Assembly (NCBI GenBank): GCA_002269645.1
Contig: NIVC01000561.1
Location: 310,001-374,000 of the forward strand
DNA from: Macrostomum lignano
Taxonomy: Eukaryota
Direction of reading: 5' to 3'
DNA length: 64,000 bases
Below are positions 58,351 to 64,000 of the stretch, piece after piece. Numbering within the stretch: position 1 is the stretch's first letter; each line of letters begins with the position of its first letter. The position numbers were made by a program, and so were the translations under genes. The notes below the pieces were generated by a model. It had not been told where the DNA came from. It saw only the letters and a list, made by a program, of their open reading frames with translations, and ran no database searches.

Positions 58351-61300
58351 TCAGTCCTCAGCATCCTCTTGTGACCCCGGCAGCTGCCGCATCTCGCCAG
58401 CTTCATCCTCGGACAACTGCCTCTTAGCTGCATCCAGCGCCATGGGCAGCACCGTCGTGATTATGTTTAACTTTCTTTCATCCTGAAGCTGGAATGGTCG
58501 GAAAGACACAACAGTGGAATTCACTATAACTTTGCTGACAATTCAATCACCACCTGCTGTTTCAAGGATTTACAAAATTCAAAATTTGTACAACTGCTGC
58601 AACTTTACAAGACTAAATCATTTTGTATAATTTAATTCAAACTCGAAATACGTACGAATTCCCTCAGTTCTTCATCATCATACAATAGTTCGTCATCCAC
58701 TAAAGACTGCAGGAACTGCTGCAGGGTTTGCGGATCCGCGGCTGCGGCTCTGAGCTTGCGGAGTACTTCTTGAGCTTCGTCTACAGCTGCTACCTTATCC
58801 TGGAGCAGGCAATACGATGCACTTGCTAAGCCGTTAAAAAAGTAACTCCAAACCTCAGGAAACTTTTCGGCCTGAAAATTCAGAGTGGTCACAAAAGTCA
58901 TGGTAGAAACTCTCAGCAGAATACCCAGCATTACGGCGCAATCTTACCATAGAAAAAACAAAATCGAAAATTTGCGGAGCCTGCTCACTCCATATAAGCA
59001 GCCAGTCTACATCGGGAGGTAAATTCTCTTCATCCAAAAAATTGCTGGAACCAGCTTGAATCATTTGCAGATTGGGCTCAACATTCTGAGTCTCAGTTGA
59101 AGCTGCCTCATCCTGAGCAGCCAGACTCGCAAGAAGTTTTCGAAAATCTATTGGAGGAATTTTCGACCAGAAGAATTCCGGCTTCCATCTGACGCCTGAA
59201 AAAAACGATAAATAATTTCTTGACGCGAGATGGCAGAAATCCAAAATCCAATTCCTTTTTGAACCGAAACTGAAGCACTGCGGCAGTGTCGGTCTCCTCC
59301 AGGTGCCGCCACACGAGCTCCTTCGCCTCGCCCACCGACAGCAGCTCGCTGCCTCCGCCAGGACTCTCCGGACACTCGATGCCGCTGCTCTCCTGGCCCG
59401 TCAGTTCTGCTGCAGCACCGGCCGCATCCAGCGGTGCTCCGACTTTGAGATGCGCCATCAACCTGAGGCTCTCTCTGGCTGATCTGGCGCAGTCTGGCAG
59501 CTCACCGATCAGCTGCAGCAGCTCCGACAGGTGCTCGGACTCCGACTGACCCCGCCGGTCCGAGCCGAGTTTAAGCAGGCAATGACTCACCAAGCCATAG
59601 ATTGAGCTGTAGCCTGAGTACCGCTGCGGGTAACTTACGTGTAAGATATGGGAGTTCATCAACAGCTTGAAAGGGTCGAACCGAACAGAGTTGGTCGCAT
59701 TTTTTCTCAACTGTCCTTGGAATTGATGCAGCCAGCGAGGAAGCTCATCAATCACCCGATTGACCGCATCCACAATGTACTTCTTCGGCTGCTGACCCTT
59801 CTTGAAGTAAACATCGGCATCTCGCAGGAAGAAGTGCTTCATGCACACTGTATCGGAGTCTGAGCTCTCCATCATCTCAACCAGCAGCTGCAGCGACTGC
59901 CGCACGAGTTGCAGCAACTTGTCTGGCTTCCATTCTTCTTCCGGCGTCTCGTCGAGCATGTAGAACAGCAGGTTCTTGGCCATGTACGTCTTCAGACCGC
60001 TCACCTTCATCTCGATGCTGATCACCTTCTTGATGAGGAACTTGACGAGGATGAAGAACTGGCCCTGCACGGTAGTGAGGCTGTGCATGACGGCTCTCTC
60101 CAGCAGGGTTGTGCTCACCCGCATGCAGCTGCCGGGCAGTTTGTGAGGAGGCGACGCAGCGACCGCGTGGCACTTTGGAGAGTCGCCGAGGGCCTCCTGG
60201 TTGAGCTGGTTCAGGATGCGCATAGGCATCTGGGACGGCTGGCCTCTACGGTTTGAGTAGCCGGGCTGCAGCAGCTCGATGCGGAAGTAGCGGCAGCAGG
60301 GCACGGCAAGTATTTGATCGATATTCACAAGGGTAGGCCAAAGATTTCTCATTTCTGATGGTTGATTTGTCGCCAAGTTGGGTCCCGTGGCTGTGAATGT
60401 GCAAAAGGGTGCGTTTGGCTAAAGAAACGCTGCTGCAGGCAACAATGCTGACATAATGATAACAACTTCAATACATCTTGATTCCAGCAAAAGCCCTTCT
60501 TTTGCATCAAACCTTGTTACGGAGCGACGCCACCAATCTATGGATTCTCTATCTGTTATTTCTGTAGCTACTATAGTAATCCAGACACACTAAATGCCTT
60601 TACTTTACTTTGCACAGTGCAGCTGACGAGCAGAGAGCAGGGAAAGGCAAATAACTAATGCGGAAAGTGTCTCTGTCTGTCTCAGACCTACCACCCTGAC
60701 AGTAGTCTGTGTGAATGCCAAAACCTGACGCAGTCCTGTAGGCTCCACTGCCCGCTTCAAAATAGAGCCCATAAAGCAGGGTCAAAGCGCACGAAACAAG
60801 CTGGAGCTCAAAGCGACTGTCTGCTAAACCAGAGAGAGCCCACACACCCAGAACGCCACTGGTTTATACCCTCACATGCTCAGTTGATAAAAGCACTGAG
60901 CTAATCACAGCCATGCTCATAGTAGGCGTGTCCGTTCTCGCACTGCACTCGGATCGCATCTCTGCCGCAGCCACTGCAGGTGGTCCAGCCGGCAGAGCCG
61001 CAGTCCAGGCACAGAAGTCTACCGGACTCCATGAAGGTGACGTCAATGTCGGAGTCCGGACTGATCTCCCCGTTCAGAGTCTCCAGGCTGCTGCCCCACC
61101 CGTCTGCGAAGCTGCCGAACACGAAGGTGTCCTTGTCGTCCATCAGGTCTCTCAGGATGTCCTGCAGCGCGGCCTCAGCGCCGCTCTGAACTGCCGCGTT
61201 GGCCTGCTTGAACCCGGCGGCTCGCATGGCTTCGGACAGCCGCGAGCTGAACTGGCGCTGCTCCTCCGCTGACCGGACGGTCGGCGCTGCGGCTGGGCTG

Positions 61301-61862
61301 GACGGATCGGGGGCTGAGATTGCAGAAAAGAAGCTGGTCAACGCTTCTGGTGCGATTTCTGCTCCAGCGGCAACCAGCAACTGTCTGACTGAGTCATTGC
61401 TTGGAATCATCAGCCTTGTTTGATTAAACCTGACCCCAGCATCGATAAGAACTGGCACCACTTCTGTGAAACCGGTCCCTATAGCAAGTACAAACCACTC
61501 TAACATGTTGTCGGCAGAAGCGTCAATCAGCATCCGAGCCACGGTCGGCTGCCGACACTTGATGGCATGGCTGACCAAATCCTCATTGTTGTTGCTGCTC
61601 ATATCGGCAGAAGCTTCAGCTCGAATCAGCTCGCTGACGATGTCCGGGGTTCTCATATAAACAACAGCCATTGTCAGGGGAGTTTCACGCCAGTTGTTCA
61701 GCAGTTCGACCCTGGCTACAGCTCTGAGCAGCATGGCAACCAGCTCTGCTCTTCTTTTACGAACTGCGTGGTGCAACGGCGTGTTGCCATCGGAGTCTAA
61801 AACGTCGACATTCGCCCTGGCACCGATCAGCAGCTTTGCGATCTCCTTACAACCCGTATCGG
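58351..61862 (-). pseudogene. Ankyrin-repeat Mab-21/cGAS-like gene, copy C; exons ?-60909, 60390-58948, 58871-58656, 58488 (or 58482)-58351; no in-frame ATG and an apparent 1-nt frameshift near 59199-59205 (pseudogene or assembly error)
   Basis: Same NTase and Mab-21 motifs (GSFADGW...DSDIDV, NIDQILAV); exon 3 is 216 nt as in copy B; homology to A ends at about 61862 (DTGCKEI) against a repeat; frame switch needed between FLPSRVKK and IDFRKLLASL. Confidence 0.7.
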
Positions 61863-61966
61863 TCCTTTTGGGGACAATGCTGTTGTGGTAGCTAGTCTTT
61901 GTTTTAATAAGGAGCGAAATCCTGCCCTGTGGATTTCAACTGTTCTGTATGATTTCATATCATCAA

Positions 61967-62215
61967 GATGACACTCCTGTCTAACACACAGGTGACACTG
62001 CTGTCTAACACACAGGTGACACTCCTGTCTAACACACAGGTGACACTGCTGTCTAACACACAGGTGACACTGCTGTCTAACACACAGGTGACACTCCTGT
62101 CACCTAACTGACAGGTGACACTCCTGTCTAACACACAGGTGACACTGCTGTTCAACACACAGGTGATACTGCTGTTCAACACACAGGTGACACTGCTGTC
62201 TAACACACAGGTGGT
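61967..62215. repeat. 24-bp minisatellite, same family as 55255-56400
   Basis: Direct inspection. Confidence 0.9.
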
Positions 62216-62744
62216 TGACACAGCCCAAAGTTGCTGTTTCATCGGGCTGAAAATTCGGTAACAGAAAAGTGCAGGAGAAGAGAATTCGAAAAAGAGATGT
62301 GAATTATACAGCATTCGTACTGCTGCAGTCGGTGAAAGAGTCATAAATTCCTTATTCAGAAATTTCTAAACCCAATAAAAGTAATGAAAGAATCTGGAAC
62401 CAGGTCTTGGTCCCGAATACTGGAAAATTATGTAAAAACAGATTGCTGGTGACCCCGATGCCTTCTACCGTCATGAATTGAATGAATGATTGCTTCAATG
62501 TTTCCCCAAGACAGAAAATCCGTGTAGGTTTCCAGGCTACTTGAATTAGAGCCCTTGGGCTGGTACATGCATACGCAGGTCGAGTCCAGATCAGAACTCA
62601 GTCTGACTACTGCCAGTAGCTTTAATGCAAAATTGCTTAAATACGACCGAAAGTCAGAGACTCGGCACCTGAGCGAAAGTCACAATTGTCGAACAGCCAA
62701 GCAGACACTCCAAGAAGAGGATGTTAGACACTTAGGAGGGCCGC

Positions 62745-62990
62745 AGCCGTAGCCCAGTGGTCCATTGCGGTGCTCTGATGGGCCAGCGGCCCAGGCTCGA
62801 TTCTAAATGCAGTCACATCAATCTTTGATCGTTCAATTTAGGCCCAACCCCCAAGGCGCAGTGAAGTGTACATGCCTAACGATAAATAAAGTTGGGGCCG
62901 CTGTACACTCCTGTGTGAGTGAGTGCCTGTGCGTATGACTGCGTACGTATCCGCGCGCTTGTGTGCCTGCTCAGGGGAGTCGGCGGAATG
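62745..62990 (+). mobile_element. tRNA-derived SINE-like repeat, copy 3
   Basis: gccgtagcccagtgg A-box, ggctcgattct B-box-like; body matches 30230-30380. Confidence 0.55.
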
Positions 62991-62999
62991 GGCAGCAAT

Positions 63000-64000
63000 G
63001 CCTCTCGCTGGTTGTGCGACAATGTCGCTTAAAGTGCGCCATAGGGTGCACACAGCCTCCTGCTTCTAAAACTTCTTTTGAAAGCAAATTCAAGGTCAAT
63101 ACCAAGACTGGTGCCTCTCAGACCCTAACTAAAATGCAGGCTTATGTCAAAAGACTGCAGTTAAGATGATGCTGCAGCTGCATCAGTGCAACTCCCAGAC
63201 TTCTGACGTAATGGTTTTTTGTTTCGTGCAAGTGATGTGAGCACCCACTGTCCCCGAATCTAGAACTCTGGTGAGCCCTTTAGTGTGATTATATTACTCA
63301 GTTTGAAAGCTTAGCTGACAGAAACAGATCATTCAATAATCCGGAAATTTATTTTTAAAAATTGTTTGACAAAAAACTGGCATCGAGGATTCTGCTGGCT
63401 GAGTCGAATTCTATAAATGACTCGATTAAAATATATTTTGGTTTTCAGTAGGTAAATAATTAGTAATTGATATTGGTAAACTGATAAAATCCTTGAAGCA
63501 GAATTAACGCTGGTAAAGATAAATTTGTTTAAATAGCAGAAAACTAAGATAAAATCCAAGATCTCTACTGTCCAAGAAAACAAATGTTGGATAGTCAAGT
63601 TTTACACGCATGGTTATGAAAACATCTCGAATCTTGAAATTATTGATAGTTATGCAGAAAATCTGTTGGAGAGTCGCCACCGGAGGGGCATGCAGAAGCT
63701 GAGCAAAAGTAAAAGCTGGGGACATGCCAGTGCTTTGTTCCCCCACCCACCAATGGGGACCCGTTCTGGAATTCAATAATTTTGCTTAACTCTGCCAAAT
63801 TAAGTGCCCACAACACCGATTCACAAAATGATGCAGGAATTGAGTCATGCGGAATTCTTGGCTTGTCCCCCATCATAAAATCCACGGCGACGCCCCTGGA
63901 AATTACAGAAGAAATGAATAGAAAATGTAAAATATACTGAAGGATGATAAATATGAATTGTCTGGTGTGAGAAGAAAACTTAAAAAATAATTAATAAAAA
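63000..64000. repeat. Segmental duplicate of the 3' flank of copy C (57400-58215)
   Basis: Colinear blocks, for example ctgcagttaagatgatgctgcagctgcatcagtgc, gacagaaacagatc, atcaaaatccacggcgacgcccctgg-like block, gataaatatgaattgtctggtgtg. Confidence 0.8.

Noticed and set aside
39978-61862. Bacterial CBASS/CD-NTase operon or contamination
   Set aside because: The genes have conserved spliceosomal introns and eukaryotic repeat context, and no Cap effector genes are adjacent

Overview
Eukaryotic, intron-rich genomic DNA from an invertebrate animal. The gene style and repeat-filled introns resemble a free-living flatworm such as Macrostomum, but this is inference and not proven. Left half: the 3' part of a calpain-5/TRA-3-like gene (+) converges on an SSUH2-like zinc-finger gene (-), followed by a 6.9-kb 23-bp satellite with higher-order structure, other minisatellites, MITEs and a two-exon calmodulin-like gene (+). 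Right half (about 39.9-64 kb): a head-to-tail array of three paralogous genes on the minus strand. Each encodes N-terminal ankyrin repeats fused to a Mab-21/cGAS-like nucleotidyltransferase (cGLR-type). The copies differ in ankyrin number and C-terminal tail, while the catalytic core is almost identical. There is also a relic of a further copy and evidence that the array continues beyond the window. This array is the most interesting system here. Most long ORFs in the supplied track are artefacts of tandem repeats. Exon boundaries were inferred by hand from GT-AG sites, reading-frame phase and protein homology.
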